Origin: a virus
Lineage: Duplodnaviria; Caudoviricetes
Virus record (IMG/VR): IMGVR_UViG_3300027162_000003
Coordinates: 1-61,764 of that record
Strand: one strand, 5' to 3'
DNA length: 61,764 nucleotides
In this document: in pieces, positions 48,255 to 58,295 of the stretch
Layout: every line of letters starts with the position of its first letter
Numbering within the stretch: the stretch's first letter is position 1
Notes under the pieces: model-generated
Seen by the model: only the letters and a program-made list of their open reading frames with translations
What the model was told of the DNA's origin: nothing
The model's database searches: none
Translations under genes and position numbers: made by a program

Positions 48255-49078
48255 TCAACAGGTCGGAATCCAAGATCATCAATAACTATGTCCTCGTATG
48301 GAGCCATTTCGCTTATATTCGTGATAGTAGCGTTTAGTTTTGGGCAATGCACATGGCGACCTAAATGGCGATTCACGCAATTAAAGCAAGTCGGGTAGAA
48401 GTCAGCATTTAGTGACTTATCTGGATTGTTATACCACTTATCATCTTTTTTAATATACCGAGTTGGATCAGGCTCAATTCCGTTTTCCTCTAAATACTCA
48501 AATATATCATCATCAGTCCAGTCGCGCATTGGATATAGTGATACTGGCGAACCATCAACAATGCGGATGTCTTGAGCCAACGGAACATGACCTTTGATTA
48601 GATCTGTATCCTCGTATTTAGTTCCGATAAATACTGCTCCCCAAGGCCAGTTAAATGTTCCAGTAGGACGCTGTAAGAAGTCCGTAACGCCACACAAGAA
48701 CTTTTCATCTGGCTTTGGAGTCTCTGTTCCAAGCGAAAGCACAACGCAATTCTTTCCCCATTGAAAATAATGGAGCATATCAAATCTAACCTCGCCAGTA
48801 TTCACATCAGGCCCATCTGCCAATGCCACCTTCATTGGAGGATACTCATATACCTCTAAGCCCCATTCTTTGATCAGTTGATCAGAGTAGGCATATCGCT
48901 CACGGAACTTTGGCTGACGATACTGGATAACAGGAATATCAATCTCTGCTCCGTATCGAATAAGATGAAGTAATGCAGTAGAGTCCTTTCCTCCACTCCA
49001 TAACACAACTGATCTAGGCCATCTTTTGTTCCACTCTTTTATTCTATTTATTGTTTTATTTATTAGGTGATGTCTCAT
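48242..49078 (-). CDS. PAPS-reductase-family PP-loop protein
   Basis: WSGGKDS PP-loop, G.K..D, YPMRDWTDDDIFEYL, CFNC. Confidence 0.85.
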   Translation of the reverse strand: MRHHLINKTINRIKEWNKRWPRSVVLWSGGKDSTALLHLIRYGAEIDIPVIQYRQPKFRERYAYSDQLIKEWGLEVYEYPPMKVALADGPDVNTGEVRFDMLHYFQWGKNCVVLSLGTETPKPDEKFLCGVTDFLQRPTGTFNWPWGAVFIGTKYEDTDLIKGHVPLAQDIRIVDGSPVSLYPMRDWTDDDIFEYLEENGIEPDPTRYIKKDDKWYNNPDKSLNADFYPTCFNCVNRHLGRHVHCPKLNATITNISEMAPYEDIVIDDLGFRPVEWKK

Positions 49079-49896
49079 TAAATAATAATCGCACCAACAG
49101 CGGCTCCAGCCACAGCACCTCCAGCACCAATTAACGATCCAGTCATTGCATTCTGCGATGCTGCATTTTGAACAGCATTTTGATACATTGACTCTTCGTA
49201 ATTTTGTTTATTCTGTTGAGATACTTGATTGGCCTGTTGCAACTCGCCAAGGTTCTGATTGATCCAATCAGAAGTAGATTGTTGCAATCTCTGACCTCCT
49301 GCAAATACATTTTGCTGGTATTGTTGCATCGCTTGCAAGTTTGCGGCTTTTGCTTGCATTTCAGCCTGAATTGCCGTTGCTGGATCAAGTCCACCAATTG
49401 GAGCAGGTGTTTGAGCAAGGTATCCTTGTTGAAGTGAAAGATTGCGAAGCCTAGCCTGACGCCCAGCTTCTGTTCCCATGTCATACATTGCGGATCGACC
49501 AATAGTGCTTGCCCCAAGTCCTGTTTGGTATCCAGAAATTAAGCCCTGTCGTTTAGCCCAATCATCCATGCTTCTCTGCGTAGCTGCAATATCTGTGAGT
49601 TCTGCAACTCTGCCCCCCATTTCGCTACGCATTCTTGCAGCCGCTGGATCAGTTAGCCTTTCAATCTCGCGGGAACGGAATATGTTTTCTAAACCAAACT
49701 CAGACGCTTCTTTTGATACTTTTCCAGAATCAAATGCCTGCATTTTTGGTGGAAGTTTTGCATACTCCTTCAATAGTTCAGCTTGTCCTTGAAGGAACTG
49801 TCCTCCGCCAGCTTGTTTAGCGGCAAGAAGTGCATACATTGCCGTATCATCTGGCTTTTGTAGATATTTACTGGCATCAACGCTTTGTCCACCCAT
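49078..49896 (-). CDS. Ejection/pilot protein (MGG start), paralog of 49901-50902
   Basis: True start MGGQSVDASKY at 49896; C-terminal Gly-zipper GSLIGAGGAVAGAAVGAIII. Confidence 0.7.
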   Translation of the reverse strand: MGGQSVDASKYLQKPDDTAMYALLAAKQAGGGQFLQGQAELLKEYAKLPPKMQAFDSGKVSKEASEFGLENIFRSREIERLTDPAAARMRSEMGGRVAELTDIAATQRSMDDWAKRQGLISGYQTGLGASTIGRSAMYDMGTEAGRQARLRNLSLQQGYLAQTPAPIGGLDPATAIQAEMQAKAANLQAMQQYQQNVFAGGQRLQQSTSDWINQNLGELQQANQVSQQNKQNYEESMYQNAVQNAASQNAMTGSLIGAGGAVAGAAVGAIII

Positions 49897-49900
49897 AGTT

Positions 49901-50902
49901 TTACCTTCCGAAAGAGCCTGCTGGTGTGTAGTAGTATCCGCCCTGTTTTCCAAGACCAGCAAATCCGCTTAGCCCTGTTGATGGTTGATACGAAAGTTGG
50001 CTTGTTGGAACATTATAAGCACCAGCGGCTTGCTCTGCTCCACCATAAAATCCAGCAGGATTCAATCCGCCACCACTCCCACCCATTTTACCATAAGAAC
50101 TAATCGCTCCAGAAGCAATATTTCCAGCAGCACCAACCAATGCTCTATTAATTGCATTCTGAGCTTCTGCGTTTTGTTGCTCTCCACCAAGAAGCATTTG
50201 ATTATATGCTTGTTGAGATTGCTGTTGTGTATTCTGCAATCCAGCAAGATTAGCAAATTGTTGATTAAGTAACTGCGCTCCAGTTTGCCCAAATCCAGCA
50301 ACGCTACCAAACATTCCTTGCTTATATGCCTCTTGAGCGGCAAGGTTCTGGGCTTCCATTGCTTGTTTGGCGGCAACTGATGTCTCAGGGGAAATTCCGC
50401 CAATAGGTTCTGCTGTCTGAGCCAAAAATGCTTGCCTTTGAGCGGCAAGATTTTCTTCATACGCTTGTCGAGCAGCCAGCGCACGATCATACATTGCGGC
50501 ACGGCCAATACTGGAATCAGCAAGTCCTGTTTCGTATTGTGTTGGAAGACCCTGCGTTCGCATATACTCGCGCATATACTTGTCAACATTTTCTTTGCTG
50601 GTTAAATCTTCCATCTGCTTTGCTCTAGCCTCTCGCATTGCAGCAGCTTCTGGATTTGTAATGCGCTCCAGTTCTTTTTGCCTTAAAATGTTTTGCAATC
50701 CAAGTGATGCCGCCCTACGAGATTGAGCCAAAGCATCATATTGTTGTGGCTGTGGGGCCATTCCTGCATACTGCCTCAACATTTCAGCCTGATTCGCCAT
50801 CTGTTGCTGTTGAGCCTGTTGCATCATCGTAGCAATAGCAACATCACGCGATGGATCGCGTCTCGACATATATTTACTTGGATCAACAGTTTTTCCGCCC
50901 AT
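49901..50902 (-). CDS. Ejection/pilot protein (MGG start)
   Basis: Gln/Ala helical; shares Y.TGL..S.IGR.AMYD and AQT..PIGG with the downstream paralog. Confidence 0.7.
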   Translation of the reverse strand: MGGKTVDPSKYMSRRDPSRDVAIATMMQQAQQQQMANQAEMLRQYAGMAPQPQQYDALAQSRRAASLGLQNILRQKELERITNPEAAAMREARAKQMEDLTSKENVDKYMREYMRTQGLPTQYETGLADSSIGRAAMYDRALAARQAYEENLAAQRQAFLAQTAEPIGGISPETSVAAKQAMEAQNLAAQEAYKQGMFGSVAGFGQTGAQLLNQQFANLAGLQNTQQQSQQAYNQMLLGGEQQNAEAQNAINRALVGAAGNIASGAISSYGKMGGSGGGLNPAGFYGGAEQAAGAYNVPTSQLSYQPSTGLSGFAGLGKQGGYYYTPAGSFGR

Positions 50903-50903
50903 T

Positions 50904-51293
50904 TTAAGTCAATGAATCGTAACTATAAATCTCTCTGTTCATCTTAGTCAATCCCAATTTACCCATAACATCATTAGTAAACTTTGGTCGATCATCAATA
51001 AGTGGAACGCCAATATATCCAAGTCCTCCAGAAAGTTGGGCGTGCGCCCTCCAATCGCTCATCACCTGAATCACATCCTGCGGCCTAGTATGATTCGGGT
51101 GAAAAGCTGGATAGACAACAGGAAGGTAAACATGGTCAGAATAGCCAAACAACTCGCCATTCCTATAATGAGCGTAAACATTGATGTTAGGATGTTCGAC
51201 AATTTTGTGGTCAAACGATTCAGCGAAGTCTTGTAAATTTCCAAATTCAAATGAGTCTTTAGGAACGAGTCGATAGTCGATTCTGGTTTTCAT
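50904..51293 (-). CDS. Putative GNAT-fold protein
   Basis: 129 aa alpha/beta pattern ending MGKLGL; sits between nozzle and ejection genes, where podophages often carry a GNAT-like gene. Confidence 0.45.
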   Translation of the reverse strand: MKTRIDYRLVPKDSFEFGNLQDFAESFDHKIVEHPNINVYAHYRNGELFGYSDHVYLPVVYPAFHPNHTRPQDVIQVMSDWRAHAQLSGGLGYIGVPLIDDRPKFTNDVMGKLGLTKMNREIYSYDSLT

Positions 51294-51298
51294 ATTTA

Positions 51299-51553
51299 TT
51301 AATTGAATCCTACTCTTGGATTATTTCCTATAATTTCGTTAGGGATATAATCCTTAAATCGGTTTGCTTGTTGTGCAATGATTTTTTTGCGGTCAGCGTA
51401 ATTCCCGCAAGCAGCACAAGGCAGACATCCTTTCTCTGGATTGAATAGAGGAATGGAAGAATACAATGGAACAACAGGATCATTTTTGAAAGGAGTGATG
51501 TATTTAAACGGGAAGCTAGTTACTTCTCTAGTTGCTGTTGTAATTGATGGCAT
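51299..51553 (-). CDS. Small Cys-motif protein (84 aa)
   Basis: True start MPSITT right after the nozzle stop; GCLPCAAC. Confidence 0.6.
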   Translation of the reverse strand: MPSITTATREVTSFPFKYITPFKNDPVVPLYSSIPLFNPEKGCLPCAACGNYADRKKIIAQQANRFKDYIPNEIIGNNPRVGFN

Positions 51554-51554
51554 A

Positions 51555-53687
51555 TTAGCAAGGGTTTTGTGCAAGATATTGGTTTGCCGCACTACTTGCT
51601 GCATTTTCAGCAAGAATGCCAGCTTGGATTTTTGCATCAATTTGAGATATGCTAGAAAGAAAGCTCGCTGATGCTGTCGCAGAAATTGATTTACTTGGAT
51701 CGGCAGTGCAAGTGAGGCTAACTGTCCTATACTCTTTAGCCCACCAAGATTTCTGAGTTGTGTCAGCCTGTTCGTATGGACTTGGTAGAAGATCAACAGT
51801 GAGGCTGGTTCCATCTTGAGAAATAACACACGATTTGACTTCTGGAGAATTAGGAACGCCAGTGCTTTTTTCAGTCCAAGGATCAATGAATATCCTCAAT
51901 GATTCAACGCCAAACTCACCGCACCACTCGATAAGCATGGAGAATGCTTTATCAATGTCATTGGTCAGTTTTGATTCACAAGTAATGGACGATGCTTTTC
52001 TGCTGACACTTTCTGTTATCAGCCTGCGGTATTGCGTATTTAGAAAACCAAGGCTCTCTATCTCGTCAGAAAAATCTGTATTGACCCACTGATAATCGTC
52101 AGTGACTGCCAATATTTTTGTTTCAAGAATATTTTGGTATATCCCTTTTGACCCTCGATACGAAGCCTTAACATCCACAGTCCCGCCAATTTCACAAGCC
52201 TCAATTTCACCATACTGGAATTGCTTGAAATCAAGGCCATCACCAAGAAGTCCAGTCTCCATCTGGCAGTAAATTCGATTGACTTTTTCAACGATTCCAC
52301 CATCTGGATTTATATCGAAATAGGTGTCCGCCCTGCGCTCAGTGAATGTCTCCCAAAGATGGTTGTATGAGCCATCATTTGTTGCTGAGTAGTCAACAGA
52401 AAAATGGAAGCAACGAGGTGCGCCATTTACAACGCCAGAAATCCACTCTACGGGACGAGTTCCAGTCCACACGCCACACCATGCTGGAATCTTTTGAGTC
52501 CCCCACTCTGCTGCTGGGGCGTAATCAAGAACCATCGTAGCAGAGTTGCAAGTCTCCAGATAAGGCACAGAATACAGAAGGTAATTCTCAAACGACATCG
52601 CGCAAATCTTGGATGTATCTCCAGCCATGTATGCTTTGATGCGAGCCATCTCAACATCTCGATAAAGCGATTCCGATGTAACATAGACTGACGCTGCAAT
52701 GTCAGCAGATATTAGTCCCCCTTGGGAATACCACCACATTTGTCCAGCCTGAAACGAAATAGATTTGCCAGCAACGCAGCCAATCGTCGGATACAATGTC
52801 GTTTGGAAATTTGCAGTAGTTACCCATTGAGTTCGATCATAGATTCCACTTGCCAGTGAGTATGTCGCACGATCAGTGAATACAATCAGCTTTGTGTCGT
52901 TATCCTGACCAATGTAATTCGTCATTCCAGTGACAACGCGAGCAAATGCAAAGTCACCACGGCCAGTTCCAGTCAGTCTTTCCGTAAAAGAAGTCGGGTC
53001 TCCAAGGTCTGACGCCAATACAATATTCTTGGAGGAAACCCAAAGACGATTTCCACTAAATGCCATCCAATATCCAACAGGAATTGAAGTTGTCTGGATG
53101 CCCGTCTGATTTGATCCATCCCAGTATGCAGGAGTAGAAATGCCATCTTGGATTACAACGATACGATGAGATGGAGTTACTGTGACATCACCACCAGTTG
53201 ATACCTTTGCGGTTTGCGTTGCTAGAGTGAAAACAAACTGGTCAACACTTGGGTCTAGCTTGATATTTTTGAGTCGATAATCTTCCCAGTTTTTCGGTTG
53301 AGTCAGAGGGAATGGCGAGTAGTAAACATTTCCGTTGACTGCGAACACTACAAACGGCAATTCATCAGCAAAAGATGTTGTGCCGTCTGGATTGTAGATT
53401 TGCGCTGGAATGGTTTTCGTTACTCCATTTTGAACGATTGTGTCCGATGCGCTTGCTTGCTTATTTGACGAAAAAAAGATTCCTCCTTGGAAATTGCCTT
53501 GAGGCAGCGAGAGACGCATTGAGTATCCCGGCCTAGTCTGAACAACTCCACCACGAACAGCACAATTTACTGCCCACTTAATCTGGTTGTCTGGTAATGC
53601 CCACGGATTCCTTACCGAATTGACACCAAGAATCCAACCAGAAGAAACCTTTACTTCTCTTCCTGAAGTTATCTGTGCGCTTTTCAT
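51555..53687 (-). CDS. Tail nozzle / tail tubular protein B-like
   Basis: N-terminal G..GVNS..P..LPDNQ..AVN..RGG...RPG; beta-propeller-like; IGCVA; follows the adaptor. Confidence 0.75.
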   Translation of the reverse strand: MKSAQITSGREVKVSSGWILGVNSVRNPWALPDNQIKWAVNCAVRGGVVQTRPGYSMRLSLPQGNFQGGIFFSSNKQASASDTIVQNGVTKTIPAQIYNPDGTTSFADELPFVVFAVNGNVYYSPFPLTQPKNWEDYRLKNIKLDPSVDQFVFTLATQTAKVSTGGDVTVTPSHRIVVIQDGISTPAYWDGSNQTGIQTTSIPVGYWMAFSGNRLWVSSKNIVLASDLGDPTSFTERLTGTGRGDFAFARVVTGMTNYIGQDNDTKLIVFTDRATYSLASGIYDRTQWVTTANFQTTLYPTIGCVAGKSISFQAGQMWWYSQGGLISADIAASVYVTSESLYRDVEMARIKAYMAGDTSKICAMSFENYLLYSVPYLETCNSATMVLDYAPAAEWGTQKIPAWCGVWTGTRPVEWISGVVNGAPRCFHFSVDYSATNDGSYNHLWETFTERRADTYFDINPDGGIVEKVNRIYCQMETGLLGDGLDFKQFQYGEIEACEIGGTVDVKASYRGSKGIYQNILETKILAVTDDYQWVNTDFSDEIESLGFLNTQYRRLITESVSRKASSITCESKLTNDIDKAFSMLIEWCGEFGVESLRIFIDPWTEKSTGVPNSPEVKSCVISQDGTSLTVDLLPSPYEQADTTQKSWWAKEYRTVSLTCTADPSKSISATASASFLSSISQIDAKIQAGILAENAASSAANQYLAQNPC

Positions 53688-56600
53688 TAGAACATTACTG
53701 GGTCAGTCGTATCGCCATAAGTGATCGCATTGATCTGCGGGACTGACATTGCATGACCATCAATACTCTCTTGCTGATTCTTGAGATAAGCAAAAGCAAT
53801 CTGCCAGTATCGAGCTGATTGATCAGCAAAATCTTTATCTTCCAAGTCGCAAGCGTGAACAGCAGTGATGATTGCTCGCTCTTGCTCTAGCGGAATGAAG
53901 TCGTAGATGCTCGTGATACTTGGAGTCTGGATGCGATAAGAAATCCTAGCCCATGCACAAGGCTTACCAATACGAATCCTGCGGTATTGAGGATTAACTT
54001 CAGATGGATGATATTGACCGATCAGAGTCATGTCATTGCTACGGCCATAATCGTAAGCGTAGAGCGACACATAGCCCTCAGTAATTGGCTTGTCGATTTG
54101 AGCCACAGACTTCACAAATGTTGGCAGGGTTACAGAGTCAACAAAGAATGTTGATATCACAGTCTCGCCAGTTGTAGTGTATTCTTTGCGGCCAGTAGTG
54201 GAAGGAGTATTTTTCGATTGAGCAAGCGTGTCGTAAAGCTCAAACGAATTATTATCTAGCCTACGAGCGTAGCATGTCGTTCCAGCAGTCAATCCAGTTG
54301 GCAATATATCGCCTTCTTTAGCGCGAGGAACAACAGCATCACCAGTGTTGAAGTGAGCTTGGTCAGCATCAATACTCGTGGATGGCGAGACATTGAATTC
54401 TCTAAGAATGTCTAGGCTTAACTGACCAGTTCCCGGTGTTGTCAATTCCTGCAAGATTCCACCCAAGTAAACTTTTATTGAGTCACCAAACAATTTGATC
54501 GTATAGTCAGTTCCAGCAACAAGGGGGGCGGGAAGCGTATCTGTCGTAGAGAATCCAACAATTTGATCTTCGTTCAAGAATGCAATTTCAGATGGAGTAA
54601 TTAGATTTCCAAATGGCAAAGAACGGAATGATTTCCTCAATGCATAATATGTCTGACCAGCACCGAACGACTGAATTACAATAAGACCAGTCGTTCCCCC
54701 AGCAATAGCGTATGCGTCTGGAGCAGATGGCAACGGAGCAGCAATATAAATCTTGCCAGTCGTATTGTTAATTTTATTGAGATAAAATGGAGTTACACCA
54801 TTATCAATTGAAGGATTGGTCGAAGGCAGAAGATAATCAGTTCCAAAATAAATTTGCTGACCAGTCGCAAGATTCGTGAAGTCGCCTTCCCAGTTATTAT
54901 TAAATGTAACACTAAATGCACGGGACAACGAAACATAGAATGTTCCAGTTCCAGATGAAGTAATGTTTACATCGCTGAAGTCAGTATTTTTAACAGTAAA
55001 AGTTCCAGATGACAAAGGAAGTTCTGCCCTGTATGCAGTTCCAGCAACAAGCGGAGATGGAAGTGATCCAGTAGAAGTAAAGCTAACAAAAACGCCAGTT
55101 GATGGAGTTATCACAACGATTGGCGTTGTCGTATAACCACTTCCAGCAGTAACAGCTTTTACTTCAGTTACATTTCCAGATGTTGATGTTATTCCAGCAT
55201 TTGAAGCCGTTCCATTTGGAGCAGAAACTGCTGCAAATGTAAATGTTGTTGCAGTAGCATCTGGAATATATGATGTAGGGCTTGCTCCAAGCGTTGGAGA
55301 TACGCTGGTTGTTGTTATTGTAAATTTAAATGTAGTTGCATCATAAACCTCAACAACAAATGGTGTGTCTGCATACTGGAATGGAGTTACATCGCTAAAT
55401 CTTACGACATCACCAGTTGAGTAATTGTGATTTGATGAAGTAACAACAGTCACAACATCTCCACCACTTACCCTTGTCATTGATGAAATGTTTTTGCTAG
55501 TAACTGGAACTGATGTGATCGCATTTTCTCCGTTTAGATATGTGGCAAGCGAGCCAGTCACATTAGATATTTCAATTGTTTGACCATCATCATATCCATG
55601 AGGAGAAGTTGTTGTTACTGTAGCAACTCCAGACGAAACAGATATTTGATTTACATTTAAAATAGAACTATTTACTTGAGCAGTTGCTACAGCACCAGAA
55701 CCTCCACCTCCAGTAATTTTAACTTGCGGAGATGTTAGGTATCCATAGCCGCCAGATATTTTGTTGAAATGAGAAACAAACGACCTTGTAATTGTAGCTA
55801 CAGCAGTAGCTGGAGAACCTGATATTTTTTGAGATTCAATAGAAACTCCTGTAGCTGGACTTCCAAGTAGAGATGATACTGTATATGTAAATGTTTTTGC
55901 TCCAGCATTTACAGCTATAATAGTTTTCTCCCCATTAAATCCACTAGGGCTTGCTCCACTAATTATTACTTTATCTCCAGCAACATATCCATGAGTTTCA
56001 TTTGTAGTAGCCGTTGCTACAGTTCCAGTATATGCGGTAGATATAATTGTTCCTGTTGCTGGACTTGCAGTTATGGTTGAAAGAGTTGTATATGTGAATG
56101 TGCTGGAATTTACTACATTTATTGTAAATGTTCCATTATATTCAGTCTCATTAGCTCCACTAATTGTAACAACTTGACCATCTCCATATCCATGGGATGA
56201 GATAACGCAAGTTGCAGTAGTTCCTGAGCCAGTAAGATTGCCAGCAGATACTGTTTTATTTGCACCAACTTTTGTTATTGATGTGACTGCTAATAATTGC
56301 TGAACCGGTCCTTCAATTGTAATTGTTGGAGCCTCAGTGTATCCAAGGCCGGGATCAGTAATAACAACATTTAGAACTTTATTGTTTACTGTATCTCTAA
56401 TTGAATATCCAGTTGCTTGTTTTTGAAGTCCGTAGAAAGGGCTAGACTCTGGCAATATTGGAGGGCTTGAGAAAGTTACTTGCGGATCAGAAACATATCC
56501 ACTTCCTTGAGAAATAACCCTAACTGATGTTACTGATCCAATCGTTACAGCTTGGAAGTTAGCTCCAGTTCCTGATGGCGTATCTATATTTAATCCAGAT

Positions 56601-57955
56601 GCGCTTATTTGCTGAGTTGTCCCAGTTATTGATGTTGCTGGAATCAATTTAACAAGAGAATTTGTTCCGCTTCCAGAATCTTTAAGAACAATAGGATTTA
56701 CAAGATTTGTTTGGTCTGATGCAATCGCATCGGCTTGATTCTCGTGAAGCGAAACGCTAAAATCATCAATAATATTAACAAAGTAGTTTTGATTCGCAAT
56801 GAGTGGCTTGGGAAGATTTCCAGATGCAGTAAATGCTTGGACTTGATCTCCATCATTGTAGTAGTGACGAACAGCAAATGTCAGCGTTGTTTGAGGATCA
56901 ATGTTCTTGCGAATATCTACATTGAGAGGTGCAGTGCTTCCAGTCGTGTAAACTGGATTGATATTCTTTTTAGCATCGTCCGATGTTTCAAATGCAGTCA
57001 AATGCGTTGAATCAACAGCATTGACATAATATGTTTGATTTGAATTAAGCGGAGGAGGAAGGGATTGACCAGTAGGGAATGTAATTTGATTTGCAGTCTC
57101 AAGAGTAAATTCTGGTGCTTCAGAAAGCTCAAGTGCAGTTATAACTTGCGATTCGCGGCTATCTTTGAATTCAAGATTTCCAGCACCAACGATACTCTGA
57201 AGATTGATTGGATAATTTAATGCTTGAGCATTAAGCGGGTCATTGAAAAGCTGGACTGTGAATGCATCAATGACTCCAATGTAGTATGTCTGGCCATTCT
57301 CCAATGCTACAGGAATCGCTCCAGCAGTGGTAACACTCATTCCCTGACCAGATGATAGTCCATGAGCAGTTGCGCTAGTAAATAGGTTAATCGGCGTTAT
57401 AGCGACACTGCGGGTCTTTACAGTAGCATCATCTGGAGTAATCGTTCCATACGCAAAATCACTTTGCGAGTGAATCGGCACAAGTAACCCATCAACACCA
57501 GTTCCATTCGCAAGTTGCGAACGAAGTGTTCGATTATTCTGATCGTTACCAAGAACACGAATAACCTTGCCAACATCGTTCTCCATTTCAGCCACAGCAA
57601 CAAGCTGAGAAGGCTGAATGATGTCCATGAGTGTCGCAACATAACCGCGATCATCCCACGCCCATTCAACGGAATTAAACATCCCGCCTTTGTTTACATG
57701 GTATTGAAATAAACGATTACGGAAGTATGTAGGAGAGCCATCAATGTTGACCGCAAGAGGAACATCGATATTGCGAGGAAGCGTGATAGAACAACGATCC
57801 CAGCCTGTGCAAACATCAACATCAGCAACCGAATGAGTCCAGTGACCAGACTCCATCAAGGTCGCTACTGCCTGCTGAATCTTACGAAAGATTTTACTTT
57901 CGTCAGTCGTTCCTAGAATTTCAGCACATTCCTCAAAGATTTGCGAGACAAACAT
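53687..57955 (-). CDS. Tail adaptor (tubular protein A-like) with about 1100-aa repeat insertion
   Basis: Adaptor-like helical N- and C-terminal parts flanking repeated beta domains. Confidence 0.65.
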   Translation of the reverse strand: MFVSQIFEECAEILGTTDESKIFRKIQQAVATLMESGHWTHSVADVDVCTGWDRCSITLPRNIDVPLAVNIDGSPTYFRNRLFQYHVNKGGMFNSVEWAWDDRGYVATLMDIIQPSQLVAVAEMENDVGKVIRVLGNDQNNRTLRSQLANGTGVDGLLVPIHSQSDFAYGTITPDDATVKTRSVAITPINLFTSATAHGLSSGQGMSVTTAGAIPVALENGQTYYIGVIDAFTVQLFNDPLNAQALNYPINLQSIVGAGNLEFKDSRESQVITALELSEAPEFTLETANQITFPTGQSLPPPLNSNQTYYVNAVDSTHLTAFETSDDAKKNINPVYTTGSTAPLNVDIRKNIDPQTTLTFAVRHYYNDGDQVQAFTASGNLPKPLIANQNYFVNIIDDFSVSLHENQADAIASDQTNLVNPIVLKDSGSGTNSLVKLIPATSITGTTQQISASGLNIDTPSGTGANFQAVTIGSVTSVRVISQGSGYVSDPQVTFSSPPILPESSPFYGLQKQATGYSIRDTVNNKVLNVVITDPGLGYTEAPTITIEGPVQQLLAVTSITKVGANKTVSAGNLTGSGTTATCVISSHGYGDGQVVTISGANETEYNGTFTINVVNSSTFTYTTLSTITASPATGTIISTAYTGTVATATTNETHGYVAGDKVIISGASPSGFNGEKTIIAVNAGAKTFTYTVSSLLGSPATGVSIESQKISGSPATAVATITRSFVSHFNKISGGYGYLTSPQVKITGGGGSGAVATAQVNSSILNVNQISVSSGVATVTTTSPHGYDDGQTIEISNVTGSLATYLNGENAITSVPVTSKNISSMTRVSGGDVVTVVTSSNHNYSTGDVVRFSDVTPFQYADTPFVVEVYDATTFKFTITTTSVSPTLGASPTSYIPDATATTFTFAAVSAPNGTASNAGITSTSGNVTEVKAVTAGSGYTTTPIVVITPSTGVFVSFTSTGSLPSPLVAGTAYRAELPLSSGTFTVKNTDFSDVNITSSGTGTFYVSLSRAFSVTFNNNWEGDFTNLATGQQIYFGTDYLLPSTNPSIDNGVTPFYLNKINNTTGKIYIAAPLPSAPDAYAIAGGTTGLIVIQSFGAGQTYYALRKSFRSLPFGNLITPSEIAFLNEDQIVGFSTTDTLPAPLVAGTDYTIKLFGDSIKVYLGGILQELTTPGTGQLSLDILREFNVSPSTSIDADQAHFNTGDAVVPRAKEGDILPTGLTAGTTCYARRLDNNSFELYDTLAQSKNTPSTTGRKEYTTTGETVISTFFVDSVTLPTFVKSVAQIDKPITEGYVSLYAYDYGRSNDMTLIGQYHPSEVNPQYRRIRIGKPCAWARISYRIQTPSITSIYDFIPLEQERAIITAVHACDLEDKDFADQSARYWQIAFAYLKNQQESIDGHAMSVPQINAITYGDTTDPVMF

Positions 57956-57964
57956 GGCGCGACA

Positions 57965-58291
57965 TTATCGCATCGAACCTTCTGCCGCAAGTGATTTAAG
58001 AAACTCTTCGTCTTCAGCGGTTGCAACAGCCTCTGGAGCCATTGCTTCACCAGTAGGAGCAACTTCGCCACTTTTTTGAGCGTCAACTTCAGCTTTGAGT
58101 GTTTCAAGACCAGATTGGAGTTGGCTAACAAGTGTGTAGATAGAATCAAACGCATCAGATGGCATTTGAACCATAACCTTGCCACCAGCAGGAGGAGCCA
58201 TGTCAGGAGTTGGTGCGGCCATTTCCCCCGGCATCGCTTCTGGTGTTGGTGTTGGAGCCTCGGTTGGAGGCATGGTTTTATCTTGTGCCAT
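57965..58291 (-). CDS. Acidic Pro/Met-rich hypothetical protein
   Basis: Co-oriented ORF, A-rich start. Confidence 0.6.
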   Translation of the reverse strand: MAQDKTMPPTEAPTPTPEAMPGEMAAPTPDMAPPAGGKVMVQMPSDAFDSIYTLVSQLQSGLETLKAEVDAQKSGEVAPTGEAMAPEAVATAEDEEFLKSLAAEGSMR

Positions 58292-58295
58292 AAAA

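Noticed and set aside
48242-49078. Auxiliary metabolic gene cysH
   Set aside because: Lacks the C-terminal ECGLH catalytic motif and sits in a structural operon
51554-51886. N-terminal extension of ORF 51299-51886
   Set aside because: Overlaps the nozzle gene in another frame; ATG at 51553 directly follows the nozzle stop
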